Source: an uncultured Methanosarcinales archaeon (GTDB lineage: Archaea > Nanobdellota > Nanobdellia > Woesearchaeales > JAHWIC01). From it: a stretch of DNA of 64,000 nucleotides. Positions 8,082-17,889 of the stretch are shown here, piece after piece. Both the position numbers and the translations under genes were made by a program. The notes under the pieces are model-generated. The model was given only the letters and a program-made list of their open reading frames with translations. It was not told the origin of the DNA and made no database searches. The number at the start of each line of letters is the position of its first letter. Position 1 is the first letter of the stretch. The stretch is from assembly GCA_964447855.1 (NCBI GenBank), contig CAYUUH010000001.1, positions 369 through 64,368 on the forward strand, written 5' to 3'.

Positions 8082-8091
8082 TAACTAAGAC

Positions 8092-8577
8092 ATGGGCCCA
8101 GTAATATGTCAAATCGTTACTTGGAAGAGTAACCGACCAGAGAAGATGGTTGATAGAGCATGGGGGAACTACGTCATGCTTAACACCAACCGTATGTCAG
8201 ATATCTTAAATCTCGATAGTGGCAACACTAAGTTTAAGTATCTGCAAGCCCCTAACGATCATAGAAGCTCTTGGGATACCATAGAGACTACGACACCTAT
8301 AGCCCAACTAGAATCAGTGGCAGATACAGACCCAGACCACAAGTTCGGAGTATTCCCTATCTTTCCAACGCTTGATATTACGAGGGTGACTGTTGATACC
8401 CCCGTTGATACTGAGATAGATTGGGAGGACATCTGCATGGTTTATGGCACAGATAGGGATGTTACGCTAGGTGTATCTCACATGGTTTATTACACTAAAT
8501 CATGGAAGAGAGTTACAGTTATCATTAACTTGAGTATAAACGATGTTAATGAACTGTGGCACGATAATCCAGACTAA
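8092..8577 (+). CDS. hypothetical protein
   Basis: 161-aa ORF. Confidence 0.45.
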   Translation: MGPVICQIVTWKSNRPEKMVDRAWGNYVMLNTNRMSDILNLDSGNTKFKYLQAPNDHRSSWDTIETTTPIAQLESVADTDPDHKFGVFPIFPTLDITRVTVDTPVDTEIDWEDICMVYGTDRDVTLGVSHMVYYTKSWKRVTVIINLSINDVNELWHDNPD

Positions 8578-8646
8578 GCAACTCTTAAGATAGAATCTTT
8601 TTACCGACCCGCTATAGGAAACTTTAGCGGGTTTAATATTTATAGC

Positions 8647-8654
8647 TATCTTTG
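8647..8654 (+). promoter_or_regulatory. -7 box TATCTTTG
   Basis: tagctatctttgtgaaaac. ATG at 8673. Confidence 0.45.
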
Positions 8655-8672
8655 TGAAAACAAGAAAGAAAA

Positions 8673-9350
8673 ATGACCTTAGAAGACATTGACGGTAGTA
8701 GGTTTCTCTACGACCCCACAGCGAATGATTTAGTTAAGAGGCTGCAAGCCGATATTCCTGAGTTTGCTAACTATAAAGGAAAGATACCAAAGCAGAAGGT
8801 GTTCCAGTATATCATTCTGATGTATGACCCGTCATCCCCACTATGGCGAAATGTACTTGACTACTACGTGAGAAAGAGTACTTGCGCTGATATGGTTGGA
8901 TTTCAAAAGACCAAGGGGCAGTGGTCTAAAGAGGCAGAGGCTATTTTAATTGGAGAGGACTCGCAAGTGAACGACATGATAGTAGCCTACATAGCGCAAC
9001 TTGGGATGGTAGAGATGTATCAGCTTGTTGCATACCTTAGTCTACTTAGTTCTGAAACACGAAAGGCTATAGACTACAAAGGAGATAAGAACTCTATTGA
9101 CATCATCACTAAGACAGGAGATAAAATTAGGGAGCTGCTTAAAGTAGTGTTCAGGTCGGGGGAGTATGATGAGATAGCTCAGGTGCGCAAGGCTCTTTAT
9201 AGTAGACTTGAAAAAGAGAGGCTACGCATACGCCCAGAGGAAGTAGTTAGTATGATAAGTGAAGAAGGTGGACTCCCGCCAGAGTTTAATCCCTACGGTG
9301 ACTATAAAGTAGAAAAATCTAAGTTTGTTGGGGATGAAGCACCCTACTAA
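8673..9350 (+). CDS. hypothetical protein (by position could be a small terminase subunit; speculative)
   Basis: 225-aa ORF immediately upstream of, and overlapping, the 789-aa ORF. Confidence 0.35.
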   Translation: MTLEDIDGSRFLYDPTANDLVKRLQADIPEFANYKGKIPKQKVFQYIILMYDPSSPLWRNVLDYYVRKSTCADMVGFQKTKGQWSKEAEAILIGEDSQVNDMIVAYIAQLGMVEMYQLVAYLSLLSSETRKAIDYKGDKNSIDIITKTGDKIRELLKVVFRSGEYDEIAQVRKALYSRLEKERLRIRPEEVVSMISEEGGLPPEFNPYGDYKVEKSKFVGDEAPY

Positions 9351-11694
9351 TCAATACGAGCATCTATATAAGCCCGCTAAGAAGTGGGATGTTATCAATG
9401 ACGGAGACCCCGATTTAAAGAGTGTCTTTTTTAGCCTACCATCTCCGCCTAACTTAAAACTCATAGATGGCTATGGTTTGCATCCAGACGAACAATACTT
9501 CCGTAGAACTGAAGTACCCAAGAAACTATTGGAGTTAGAAGATAGGGCATTGGGTTTGCTATACGACATACAGAAGGGCAACAACCAGGAGGCTATTCAG
9601 GGATACAAACTGTACCTAAAGTATTGGGAGTTATTTGAGGCAGAGTCAGAACACTTAGAAAAAGAGATCGAATGGCTAAGAAAAACGTGGTGGCACAGGA
9701 CTGAAGGTTATTGGTTCTTTAATGATGGTCAGCCTACGTTCATCCCCCCAGAGTACTACGACTACCTTAACTTCTATTTTATTGCTGAATCAAAGTGCTA
9801 TCCCGAATATAGGGACGACATAAGAAGGAAGAATTGTTTTATTTGGTATTTAATGAATACTACTGAAACCTTTGCCGACATTCATGCCGAAACAGGTGAG
9901 GCACTAAAGGTTGATGGAAAGTATAAGATGTTAGACCTTGGCAGGCGTACCTTTCTGGGGGATATCGAGCCGAAAACGAGGAGGGTTGGTGCATCGCATG
10001 AGGGCATCCACTGTCTACTTGTAGGTGCTATGACACACGCATCACACTATGGGACTATCATATCTCTTGAGGGGCAAAACGCCAAAGCACTCTACGAACA
10101 AAAGTTACTACCCGCATGGGATACCTATCCAATGTGCCTTAAGCCAATGTGGGAAGGGAATAGAAAACCGAGTGTACTTAAGCTATCTGCACCGCCTAAT
10201 GTGTACCACGTTAAGGGACTCAATAGTTCCATATCGGTAACAGAGAGTGCGGGGGAGAAGAAGTCAGAAGGAAAGAGACTTAACAGAATACTTAGTGACG
10301 AAACTGGGAAGACGGAGGCTGCGGATGCGGCAGAGAGGCATCACGTAAACAAACTTACCATGTCAACTGGTATGGGTATTAACATTATTGAAGCTGCTTA
10401 TTGTAAGAATCCTTCAACGGTGGATGAGATGACAGCCGGTGGTATGGCTTACTACAAACTCTGTATGCTCTCTAACTTCTATAAGAGGGTTCCTGCACTA
10501 GGACAAACCCCCGAAGGACTTGCAAGGGTATTTTTACCCGCCTATAGGCGATTAGAGGGCTATATAGACCGTTTTGGCATGTCGGTGGTAGACACACCCA
10601 CAGAAAGACAAAAGAGGCTTACACCCCTATCTGTGTTCGCCATGAGTGGCATGGGCGCAAAGGAGATGCTACAACAGCAAAGGGATACTCTTTTAGCTGA
10701 CGGTTCTCCACAGGCTATGGAAGCGTACCGAAGTTTGAGAAGGAAATCTCCGTTTACTTGGGCTGAGTGTTGGTTAGGAACTAGCGGTAATGTGGGCTAT
10801 AACCTTGAGATAATAGATAAGCGACTTGGTGAGATAAATAGAATGAAGTCATTTAACAAACCGCCATATAAGGTTGGTTATTATTACAGGGAGAAGGGGG
10901 GTCAGCACGACAGAGTGCGATGGGCTAACGACCCGCAAAAGCCTAAATTCAGAGTATCTATGGAACTGCCGGATACCATGACTAACCGGATGACCATGAT
11001 GGAGATTTGGGACTACAGCAAGGGCAAGTTCGTACCTACCTACGCCCCGCTAGAGGGATACAGATTCACCATAGGAGCAGATAGCTTTAGAAATATTAAT
11101 AAGAACGACTATAAGAGCTTTATGAAACTTGGAGCGTCAGCGTCTAACTCTAGACAGTCTGATGGGGGTATCTGCATGATATGGGAGTATGATGATAGCG
11201 TTGATGGTGGTAAGCCCCGCAGAGATTGGCAAAGCGGCAGGGTAGTACTTACTTATAGATGGCGTCCCGCAACATGGGAAGAATACGTTGATGATGTGGT
11301 AATGGCTGCGCAATATTGGGGAGCAATGATATATCCTGAATACAACGTAGAGGCTATTGTAAGAGATATCTACGCTAAGGGCTACGGTGGTTACTTCATC
11401 TACGATATGGATATCCAGACAGGCAAGCCCAAACCAATGCCGGGAGTTTACACCACACCGGGGGTTCTGCAAGAAATGATAACCGACACTAAGGACTATA
11501 TAGAATTTCATGGGCATAACGAAAACCACGATGATCTGCTAAGTGAATTTAAGGGTCTTCAGGGGGTTGAATCGTTCACGCACATGGATTTGCACGTAGC
11601 ATTTGGCATGGCACGAAAGGGCAGTAAGTCCCGCCATAGGGATATAATGATGCAGGGGGATGGTGAGACTATGGTTATTGACGGTTTATTCTAA
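9334..11694 (+). CDS. large phage protein, possible terminase large subunit (unverified)
   Basis: 789 aa. A deviant Walker-A-like TRRVGAS sits near residue 215. Assignment rests on size and position only. Confidence 0.3.
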   Translation: MKHPTNQYEHLYKPAKKWDVINDGDPDLKSVFFSLPSPPNLKLIDGYGLHPDEQYFRRTEVPKKLLELEDRALGLLYDIQKGNNQEAIQGYKLYLKYWELFEAESEHLEKEIEWLRKTWWHRTEGYWFFNDGQPTFIPPEYYDYLNFYFIAESKCYPEYRDDIRRKNCFIWYLMNTTETFADIHAETGEALKVDGKYKMLDLGRRTFLGDIEPKTRRVGASHEGIHCLLVGAMTHASHYGTIISLEGQNAKALYEQKLLPAWDTYPMCLKPMWEGNRKPSVLKLSAPPNVYHVKGLNSSISVTESAGEKKSEGKRLNRILSDETGKTEAADAAERHHVNKLTMSTGMGINIIEAAYCKNPSTVDEMTAGGMAYYKLCMLSNFYKRVPALGQTPEGLARVFLPAYRRLEGYIDRFGMSVVDTPTERQKRLTPLSVFAMSGMGAKEMLQQQRDTLLADGSPQAMEAYRSLRRKSPFTWAECWLGTSGNVGYNLEIIDKRLGEINRMKSFNKPPYKVGYYYREKGGQHDRVRWANDPQKPKFRVSMELPDTMTNRMTMMEIWDYSKGKFVPTYAPLEGYRFTIGADSFRNINKNDYKSFMKLGASASNSRQSDGGICMIWEYDDSVDGGKPRRDWQSGRVVLTYRWRPATWEEYVDDVVMAAQYWGAMIYPEYNVEAIVRDIYAKGYGGYFIYDMDIQTGKPKPMPGVYTTPGVLQEMITDTKDYIEFHGHNENHDDLLSEFKGLQGVESFTHMDLHVAFGMARKGSKSRHRDIMMQGDGETMVIDGLF

Positions 11695-11734
11695 AATACT
11701 TCCTTAAATATTTGTTTTTCTCAAATATCTGTTT

Positions 11735-11742
11735 TATCTTTG
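11735..11742 (+). promoter_or_regulatory. -7 box TATCTTTG at the head of the small-gene block
   Basis: gttttatctttggtt. ATG at 11758. Confidence 0.45.
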
Positions 11743-11757
11743 GTTAAAATTACAGAG

Positions 11758-12036
11758 ATGAGTCACACGAGAGTTAAGGCAAAGTACATGGAAATTGGTG
11801 CTTACGGACGAGAAGAGTGGCATACTCTTTATTGTCATCATAATCATTCTTGCGACACTATATCTTTCTATGATGAAAAAGGAGAGTGTCTTTTAAGTTA
11901 TGGGGATACAGAGCATCCTAATATATTCGATGTTATGCAGAAGTTAGCAAGTCCCTTCGCGGGCACGTGGTGGGATAAACTTGAAGATGGGGTAGAGTTC
12001 TTAAATGAAGAAGACCGTAAAATACTTAAGTTATGA
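11758..12036 (+). CDS. hypothetical small protein
   Basis: First ORF of the ATGA-coupled small-gene block. Start taken at ATG 11758. Confidence 0.4.
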   Translation: MSHTRVKAKYMEIGAYGREEWHTLYCHHNHSCDTISFYDEKGECLLSYGDTEHPNIFDVMQKLASPFAGTWWDKLEDGVEFLNEEDRKILKL

Positions 12037-12275
12037 GTGCACTTTGGGATTACATGAGCAAAGAACATGGACTTAATCTCTTAGGTTCAGAGATAGACGA
12101 CATACTTGCTTTAGCGAGGCAAGAGATTGAGTTGCCAGAAATACATGAAGCACGTGAGGTGGCTGAGTCTATTCGTTATGGCTTTAAAAGTAGTAGTGAA
12201 GGTTGGTTTGGCTTTATAGAGGGTTTTAAGTATGCACTTCGTAAAGTACGTAATCCCTATCCTAAGCCGCTATGA
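12033..12275 (+). CDS. hypothetical small protein
   Basis: ATGA overlap with the upstream ORF. Confidence 0.4.
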   Translation: MSALWDYMSKEHGLNLLGSEIDDILALARQEIELPEIHEAREVAESIRYGFKSSSEGWFGFIEGFKYALRKVRNPYPKPL

Positions 12276-12493
12276 AAGAGAACCCACTACCAAGAATAGT
12301 GTCACCAGTACTTGATCAGATAAATCTCTTGTTTGAGCATAGGTTACATTGGGAAAAATTAAATCTACCAGAGGCGGAATACCGTGTAAGAGAACAAGAG
12401 TTCAATCGCATGCTAGATCATCGCATGGCTGTTATGAGGGATTTTATTTTTGTTTGGTATAAAACACAAAGTCATGACTATGAAGGACGCTAA
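12272..12493 (+). CDS. hypothetical small protein
   Basis: ATGA overlap. Confidence 0.4.
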   Translation: MKENPLPRIVSPVLDQINLLFEHRLHWEKLNLPEAEYRVREQEFNRMLDHRMAVMRDFIFVWYKTQSHDYEGR

Positions 12494-12689
12494 ATACCTA
12501 GATGTAATGCAGGGGATAGTGGAGGAAAATGAAGTAGCTATACCAATGCCCCTTAAAGATATGGTTAAGTTAGAAAAGGTAGTGTTATTAGAGTTATATG
12601 TACTCGCATTGGTTTCGAGGGAAACTTTAGTTTGTCAGTTAAAAGATGCGTGGGATACTATTGAACGACTAAAACATAATCAATTATGA
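12474..12689 (+). CDS. hypothetical small protein
   Basis: Start trimmed to an internal Met to limit overlap with the upstream ORF. Confidence 0.35.
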   Translation: MTMKDAKYLDVMQGIVEENEVAIPMPLKDMVKLEKVVLLELYVLALVSRETLVCQLKDAWDTIERLKHNQL

Positions 12690-12934
12690 TAAAGAGAATA
12701 ACGGTTGTGCCCATTCCTTCTGTAATGGGGATAGAGAAGAAAACGGAAGTTAGGATTGAAGATGAAAATAGCTATCAGTGGCGACATTCATTTTGTCACG
12801 ATGATATTGATTTTATAGGAAAACTCAATGAGGTGCTTGCAAGAGCCATTGATACCGTTAATGATGAGAAAAACCCGCATAAGGATTTAGCATGGATGGA
12901 CAGACAGTGGAAAAAACTAGATTCCATGGTATGA
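12686..12934 (+). CDS. hypothetical small protein
   Basis: ATGA overlap. Confidence 0.4.
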   Translation: MIKRITVVPIPSVMGIEKKTEVRIEDENSYQWRHSFCHDDIDFIGKLNEVLARAIDTVNDEKNPHKDLAWMDRQWKKLDSMV

Positions 12935-13134
12935 GAAAAATAAAGACAACACTTAAAGACCAAGAGTTTGCAAGTCTTACTCTTTCGATGGCAGGAGCTA
13001 TCGAAAACCGTTTTGAGTCAAACGATAAATTTAATGCGTATATGACCGATGCCACAGTTAGACATGAGCCCGCAAGTGGATTTGAGGTTTTTACACTGAG
13101 AGTTATTGTAACGAGAAAAGAAGCTAATGGATAA
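12931..13134 (+). CDS. hypothetical small protein
   Basis: Start at the internal ATG, which forms an ATGA with the upstream stop. Confidence 0.35.
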   Translation: MRKIKTTLKDQEFASLTLSMAGAIENRFESNDKFNAYMTDATVRHEPASGFEVFTLRVIVTRKEANG

Positions 13135-13402
13135 ACTTACGAAATGTGGTGTCTGTAACGGCACGGGTGTTTTACATAACCCTGACTATAGCCCCTGTTT
13201 TATGTGTAATGGCATAGGGATGGTATCTACTCCTATCATAACAGATGACGATGTTAAGTTGGCAATGAAACTTATTACTGACTCTCTATCAGTAGGCTTT
13301 CACGGTTCTCGTTATACCATAGACGTGGCACAAGCATTTCCGACCAAAGAAAGCGATTCTGTTTTAAATGTACATTGTTTAATACAAATAGAGAAGACAT
13401 GA
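13127..13402 (+). CDS. small zinc-finger protein (DnaJ-type CxxCxGxG x2)
   Basis: CGVCNGTG...CFMCNGIG. Confidence 0.45.
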   Translation: MDKLTKCGVCNGTGVLHNPDYSPCFMCNGIGMVSTPIITDDDVKLAMKLITDSLSVGFHGSRYTIDVAQAFPTKESDSVLNVHCLIQIEKT

Positions 13403-13608
13403 AAAATACCTATATCGAAAGGCTTCAATGCGCAAGGGGGTGTACTCCTATGTGCAGTGGATTTAAGGTAGTAGCAGGAATTGTTTTGAGCATGCAAAGG
13501 GAGATTGATACATTGAAACATAAACGGGATGAGTTACAATCTGTGATTAAGGATAAGTCTAATGAGATAAAAGAAATGAATAAAGCATACGAAGGACACG
13601 ATTTTTAA
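13399..13608 (+). CDS. hypothetical small coiled-coil protein
   Basis: ATGA-coupled internal start. Confidence 0.35.
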   Translation: MKNTYIERLQCARGCTPMCSGFKVVAGIVLSMQREIDTLKHKRDELQSVIKDKSNEIKEMNKAYEGHDF

Positions 13609-13611
13609 GAT

Positions 13612-13818
13612 ATGATAAAATGCCCCCATTGCGGAGAAACATGGTCTACCGAAGACCTTGAAAATATAGGCGATATTGGTTGTCCTTCTTGCAGAAGATG
13701 TTTTGACGTAGAGGACTTAACTGATGCTATTATGGAACAGTATATTGATGAAGATTACTTCGATAAATTTCGTCCACCAATGGATAAGTATTATAGAATG
13801 AAAGGGTTAATATCGTGA
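13612..13818 (+). CDS. small zinc-ribbon protein
   Basis: CPHCG...CPSCRRC. Confidence 0.45.
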   Translation: MIKCPHCGETWSTEDLENIGDIGCPSCRRCFDVEDLTDAIMEQYIDEDYFDKFRPPMDKYYRMKGLIS

Positions 13819-14102
13819 GTGAAAGAATATCCCCACAGCAGATAGTAGACGACTTTTTTCACGAGTATTGTGAAGGGCGTCTTGATAGAGAAGAGATGAC
13901 CAATGCTATTTTAACCTATGCAAGGCAGTATGCAGACGAAAGAGATGAATATAATATGGGTAATGGAGGTATAGACGGTGAATTTGGTTGTTATAACTGC
14001 ACCCATGTAGCGTTTTTAACGGCAGAAGTCGCAGAATGTGGTATCACACACGAGGAACATAAATGGGAGTACTCTTGTAATAAACACAAATTAATGTACT
14101 AA
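13815..14102 (+). CDS. hypothetical small protein
   Basis: GTG start overlapping the upstream stop. Confidence 0.35.
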   Translation: MSERISPQQIVDDFFHEYCEGRLDREEMTNAILTYARQYADERDEYNMGNGGIDGEFGCYNCTHVAFLTAEVAECGITHEEHKWEYSCNKHKLMY

Positions 14103-14362
14103 TGAAAGAAGAAATAGAAAAGATTTTAAAAGAGGTCTACTTTCACAAGGGGGTAAGTGATGAGTTTTTTGATTTAGCTTCTGATAAGATAGTGGAGTGT
14201 CTGGAATCTCCAGACGGATATTTTTTAAATGTTCTTGCGATGTTTGCATCCCGCTATAGCACTCATGACATGCCCGAATCATTCATGGAATGTAGGTATT
14301 ATATTCGTAGTCGTGGTATACTAAGGGATGTTTTGGCTGATTTAAAAGAAGAAACCGAATGA
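14102..14362 (+). CDS. hypothetical small protein
   Basis: 86-aa ORF. Confidence 0.4.
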   Translation: MKEEIEKILKEVYFHKGVSDEFFDLASDKIVECLESPDGYFLNVLAMFASRYSTHDMPESFMECRYYIRSRGILRDVLADLKEETE

Positions 14363-14607
14363 CAGATGCACGAGACATACAAGATTTCATTGAGTGGTAT
14401 TGGAAAGAGATAGACGGTAGGCCCTCAAGCGAATCGTCACTTACCATAGCGGAGTACTATATTGAAGATAAGCGAAAGGAACGGCATATGCGATTATATG
14501 GTATGGAAGAAATTACAAGAAAGATTAAATGCCCTAATTGTGGCAATCCGTCCGTAGCCGAATATGCTCCATGTTGCAGTCAAATATGTTGGTTAGACAG
14601 ACAATGA
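14359..14607 (+). CDS. small zinc-ribbon protein
   Basis: CPNCGN...CCSQIC. Confidence 0.45.
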   Translation: MTDARDIQDFIEWYWKEIDGRPSSESSLTIAEYYIEDKRKERHMRLYGMEEITRKIKCPNCGNPSVAEYAPCCSQICWLDRQ

Positions 14608-14801
14608 TTATGAATAGATTAGGTTCAAAAAACGACGAAAGGGATAGGGAACTCTTTACATTGGCTTCAATATTAAAAGATGTTATTATATCTAAGTATA
14701 GCGCAGAGCCAATATGGGAGAAACGCCTAAAGGACTTAGATAATATTCTACAGCACATAGTAGAAAGGAGATATGGACAACCAATGGATTATAAACCATG
14801 A
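14604..14801 (+). CDS. hypothetical small protein
   Basis: ATG 14604 forms an ATGA with the upstream stop. Confidence 0.4.
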   Translation: MIMNRLGSKNDERDRELFTLASILKDVIISKYSAEPIWEKRLKDLDNILQHIVERRYGQPMDYKP

Positions 14802-14995
14802 ACGCAGACATCAAAGGCGCATTAGAGCAAATCAACAAAAGCTACAAGGCGTTTACGCACAGAGACAGGTTTCTCAGTAAGGCAGACGTCAGAAGGGTTT
14901 TAGAGTACGGACTCGCCAAAGGCTATAAGACTACCGATGAACTAAAGGACGAAGAAGTTGATGCAATTTTAGGATGGCACTTTGAAATACGATAA
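14798..14995 (+). CDS. hypothetical small protein
   Basis: ATGA overlap. Confidence 0.4.
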   Translation: MNADIKGALEQINKSYKAFTHRDRFLSKADVRRVLEYGLAKGYKTTDELKDEEVDAILGWHFEIR

Positions 14996-14998
14996 GTT

Positions 14999-15211
14999 AT
15001 GAGTACATGGATTGACATAAAGAAGCAAGAGGACTTACAGTATTCCGAAGAGCAAAGGGGTATATGGAAAAACACGGTGCTCGCAGAAGAGTGTATTGAA
15101 GTCTTCATAGGAGAAGATTATAGTGGGAGTCATTACGTTTCAGTCCCCGTAAAGTTCATACTAAAGGTTTTGAGAGATAACAAGTATTACATTGAGGAAA
15201 TAATGGGATAA
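14999..15211 (+). CDS. hypothetical small protein
   Basis: Last ORF of the small-gene block. Confidence 0.4.
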   Translation: MSTWIDIKKQEDLQYSEEQRGIWKNTVLAEECIEVFIGEDYSGSHYVSVPVKFILKVLRDNKYYIEEIMG

Positions 15212-15451
15212 AATGATATATTTATTATTGGCAATATACCTATCGCCAATAATCTTCATGATATTGCTTGAAATAAGCAATGATGGAGATTGTAATCAGG
15301 CGTGGTAAAATTCAAGCAGGGGCGTATAGGCGTAATCCTACCGTAGAGATTAGGTTTTAAAATCCAAAGAATGACGGGAAAGAAAGACCAGTGGGTGAAA
15401 TTCCCCACCCTGCGAGAGACTGTAAGTGAGTTGAGTTGAAGAGTAGACTCC

Positions 15452-15486
15452 GCCACTCCCTAAAACGGGGTGGCATTTTTGTTTTT
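15452..15486 (+). terminator. intrinsic terminator (GCCACTCCC/GGGGTGGC stem followed by TTTTTGTTTTT)
   Basis: Lies 240 nt after the last small ORF and just before the promoter of the 783-aa gene. Confidence 0.55.
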
Positions 15487-15507
15487 CAGCCATTCCTAAA
15501 TAAGCAT

Positions 15508-15515
15508 TATCTTTG
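15508..15515 (+). promoter_or_regulatory. -7 box TATCTTTG within the conserved TTATCTTTGCATAAATAAAAG
   Basis: ATG at 15536. Confidence 0.5.
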
Positions 15516-15535
15516 CATAAATAAAAGCAAATTAG

Positions 15536-17887
15536 ATGTTGCCAATTTTATCACAGTACAAGGATAATGAATATTTCCGACCCAACGGCAATATAAATCC
15601 ACAAACAAAAGATTCTGAATATCACAAGCGATGGGCACAATACGTGTATTCTTTATGGATGAGGAACGCATGTGCTTGGGGGGTGGATGGTTATAATCGC
15701 TTTGCCGAGCTAAGGGCGTATTCCACGGGTAAACAAGATATTACCAAATATCAGACGTGGCTAAGTTCGGAAGTGAGCACCAACCAAAGTTCTACAATAG
15801 CAGTAGATTCTTTTGATAGCACTCCGCTTTCAAGGATTAGTAAGCGTGAAGGCTGGCTAAATATGCTTTGGGAGAACATTTCACCTTGTCCGATGATCCT
15901 TGAGGCACTCCATGGTCAGTTTGATGAACTAGACTACGACCTATACACAAATGTCATTGACGCCAATAGTAAGGATATTGAGGAGAATGAAGCCTACCAA
16001 AGACTTGTAGAGGGCATATTCAGAGATTGGCAGATAGAATACAAGCAGAAAGCAGGGATACCCGTAGACGAAGATACTTTCTATCCTAAGTCAATACAGG
16101 AGTTTGAAGCATTTAAGGCTCAGGACGGTTTTAAGCTGAACGTGGCACGGTCAATGCAGAAGTTACTGAGATATACCTTTGCGCTAAATCCTGGGGCATG
16201 GGATACCGTAACACGCAAGAAAATTATAGATGACATAATCTGTTTGGGTTATGCCGCCACGAGAGACTACTTTGATGCAGAAGACAGTAAGTTTAAGCAG
16301 AAGTGGATAGACCCCGCAAGGCTCGTAATGCAATACTCTAACGCCTATGACTATAATGATAGTGAGTATGCAGGATACTTTGAGTATTGGACAATATCGA
16401 ACCTTAAGCAGAAACTACCTGATGTAGACCCCGACAAATGGCTAAATCTAGCTAAGTCTTACGCAGGACAATACGGTAACTCTAATTGGGACGAGAAGTA
16501 CTCTAAACTTGACCCATCAACTTATATGTATGGCTATGACGGGTTTAAAGTACCTGTCTTTGAAACAGAATGGATAGACTGTGATAATAAGAAAAGAAAG
16601 TACTATAAGGATCGCTATGGGCGGGATCAAGTTAAGGATGTAGACTACAGCACTAAGGAGAAGACAACCCCGCAGAGCGAGATAAAAAACCTATCTGTAA
16701 GGCTTGTGAGAGAGTGTAAGTGGGTAGTGGGCACAGACTATTGCTTTGATTGGGGAGTGCTTAAGATGGCTTCTAGGAAGAACTATTCCAAGCCACAACT
16801 GACATTCCACGTAGAGCAGTTACTTCAGACCTCAATAGTAGAAAGGCTTATCCCTATTCTTGACCAGATAGAGATAACCTTCTTAAGGTATCAGAACTCA
16901 CTTGCTAAGATGGTAGAGAACGGCTATGCTGTTAATACTTCCATGCTTGGTAATGTGACTTTAGGCGGGAATAAGCTAAAACCGGCAGAGGTTATAAAGC
17001 TCTACAAACAAACAGGCTTCTTCTTGTATCAATACTCAGCAGGCACAGGACAATACACAGGGGGCGCAGCACTACCTATCAGCGAGATACCTGGTGGTAT
17101 GAAAAACCGAGTAGAGGAAACCATAAGAACCCTAGACATGTGGCTTGGTCAGATAAAGACACAGACGGGTATAGATGTTGTTGCCCTTAGTTCTCAGCCA
17201 CAGGCAGTAGATACAAGTGAAGGCGCACAAGAGACCATACAAATCACTCAGAACATATTTAAGACTATTACCAACGCTGTAAAAGAGATTAAGCAGAGTA
17301 CGGGCGAGAGTCTTATGAGAAGGATTCAGATAGGCGTAAGGAACTCTGATGTTATAAGGAAGGCTTATGCGGGCGTGATATCCAAGACAGACATGGATAC
17401 GCTTGTTATGATGGAGAGTGAGGGCGTGCAGTACGGGTTAAGTCTAAAAGCTAAACCCGACAGAAGGGCTAAACTAAGGTTTGAGAATTGGGTTAACCTT
17501 GCTTTACAGAACACGAGAGAGCAGAGACCGGGCATAGACCTTAACGATGCTATCTTCTTCATGAGTCAGTTAGAGAATGGAGCCGACATAAGTGAACTGG
17601 AAAAACAGTTACAATACACTATTGACAAGAACAAGCAGGAGGCAGCCGCCCAAAGCGAACAAATGATAGCATCACAAGGCGAACAGCAGAGACAGACAGA
17701 CGCACAAAAGGCACAGATAGAAATGGCTAAATTGCAAATGGAACAAGAGGGTAAGATAAAAGAAGAACTCATCAGGGGTGATATAAAAAATCAGCAGATG
17801 AATAAAGAGATTGTGAGAGATGTATATGCTTCGCTTGTAGAGAGTGCTAATGCAGAGAATGGTATTAACACTAGCATAAGGAGATAG
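15536..17887 (+). CDS. large structural protein, possible portal protein (unverified)
   Basis: 783 aa with a Q/E-rich helical C-terminus and a strong promoter. Assignment from size and context only. Confidence 0.35.
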   Translation: MLPILSQYKDNEYFRPNGNINPQTKDSEYHKRWAQYVYSLWMRNACAWGVDGYNRFAELRAYSTGKQDITKYQTWLSSEVSTNQSSTIAVDSFDSTPLSRISKREGWLNMLWENISPCPMILEALHGQFDELDYDLYTNVIDANSKDIEENEAYQRLVEGIFRDWQIEYKQKAGIPVDEDTFYPKSIQEFEAFKAQDGFKLNVARSMQKLLRYTFALNPGAWDTVTRKKIIDDIICLGYAATRDYFDAEDSKFKQKWIDPARLVMQYSNAYDYNDSEYAGYFEYWTISNLKQKLPDVDPDKWLNLAKSYAGQYGNSNWDEKYSKLDPSTYMYGYDGFKVPVFETEWIDCDNKKRKYYKDRYGRDQVKDVDYSTKEKTTPQSEIKNLSVRLVRECKWVVGTDYCFDWGVLKMASRKNYSKPQLTFHVEQLLQTSIVERLIPILDQIEITFLRYQNSLAKMVENGYAVNTSMLGNVTLGGNKLKPAEVIKLYKQTGFFLYQYSAGTGQYTGGAALPISEIPGGMKNRVEETIRTLDMWLGQIKTQTGIDVVALSSQPQAVDTSEGAQETIQITQNIFKTITNAVKEIKQSTGESLMRRIQIGVRNSDVIRKAYAGVISKTDMDTLVMMESEGVQYGLSLKAKPDRRAKLRFENWVNLALQNTREQRPGIDLNDAIFFMSQLENGADISELEKQLQYTIDKNKQEAAAQSEQMIASQGEQQRQTDAQKAQIEMAKLQMEQEGKIKEELIRGDIKNQQMNKEIVRDVYASLVESANAENGINTSIRR

Positions 17888-17889
17888 CC

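Noticed and set aside
9334-17887. Firm naming of the 789-aa and 783-aa proteins as terminase large subunit and portal
   Set aside because: Only size, order and one weak Walker-A-like motif support this. They are listed as low-confidence calls and not claimed.
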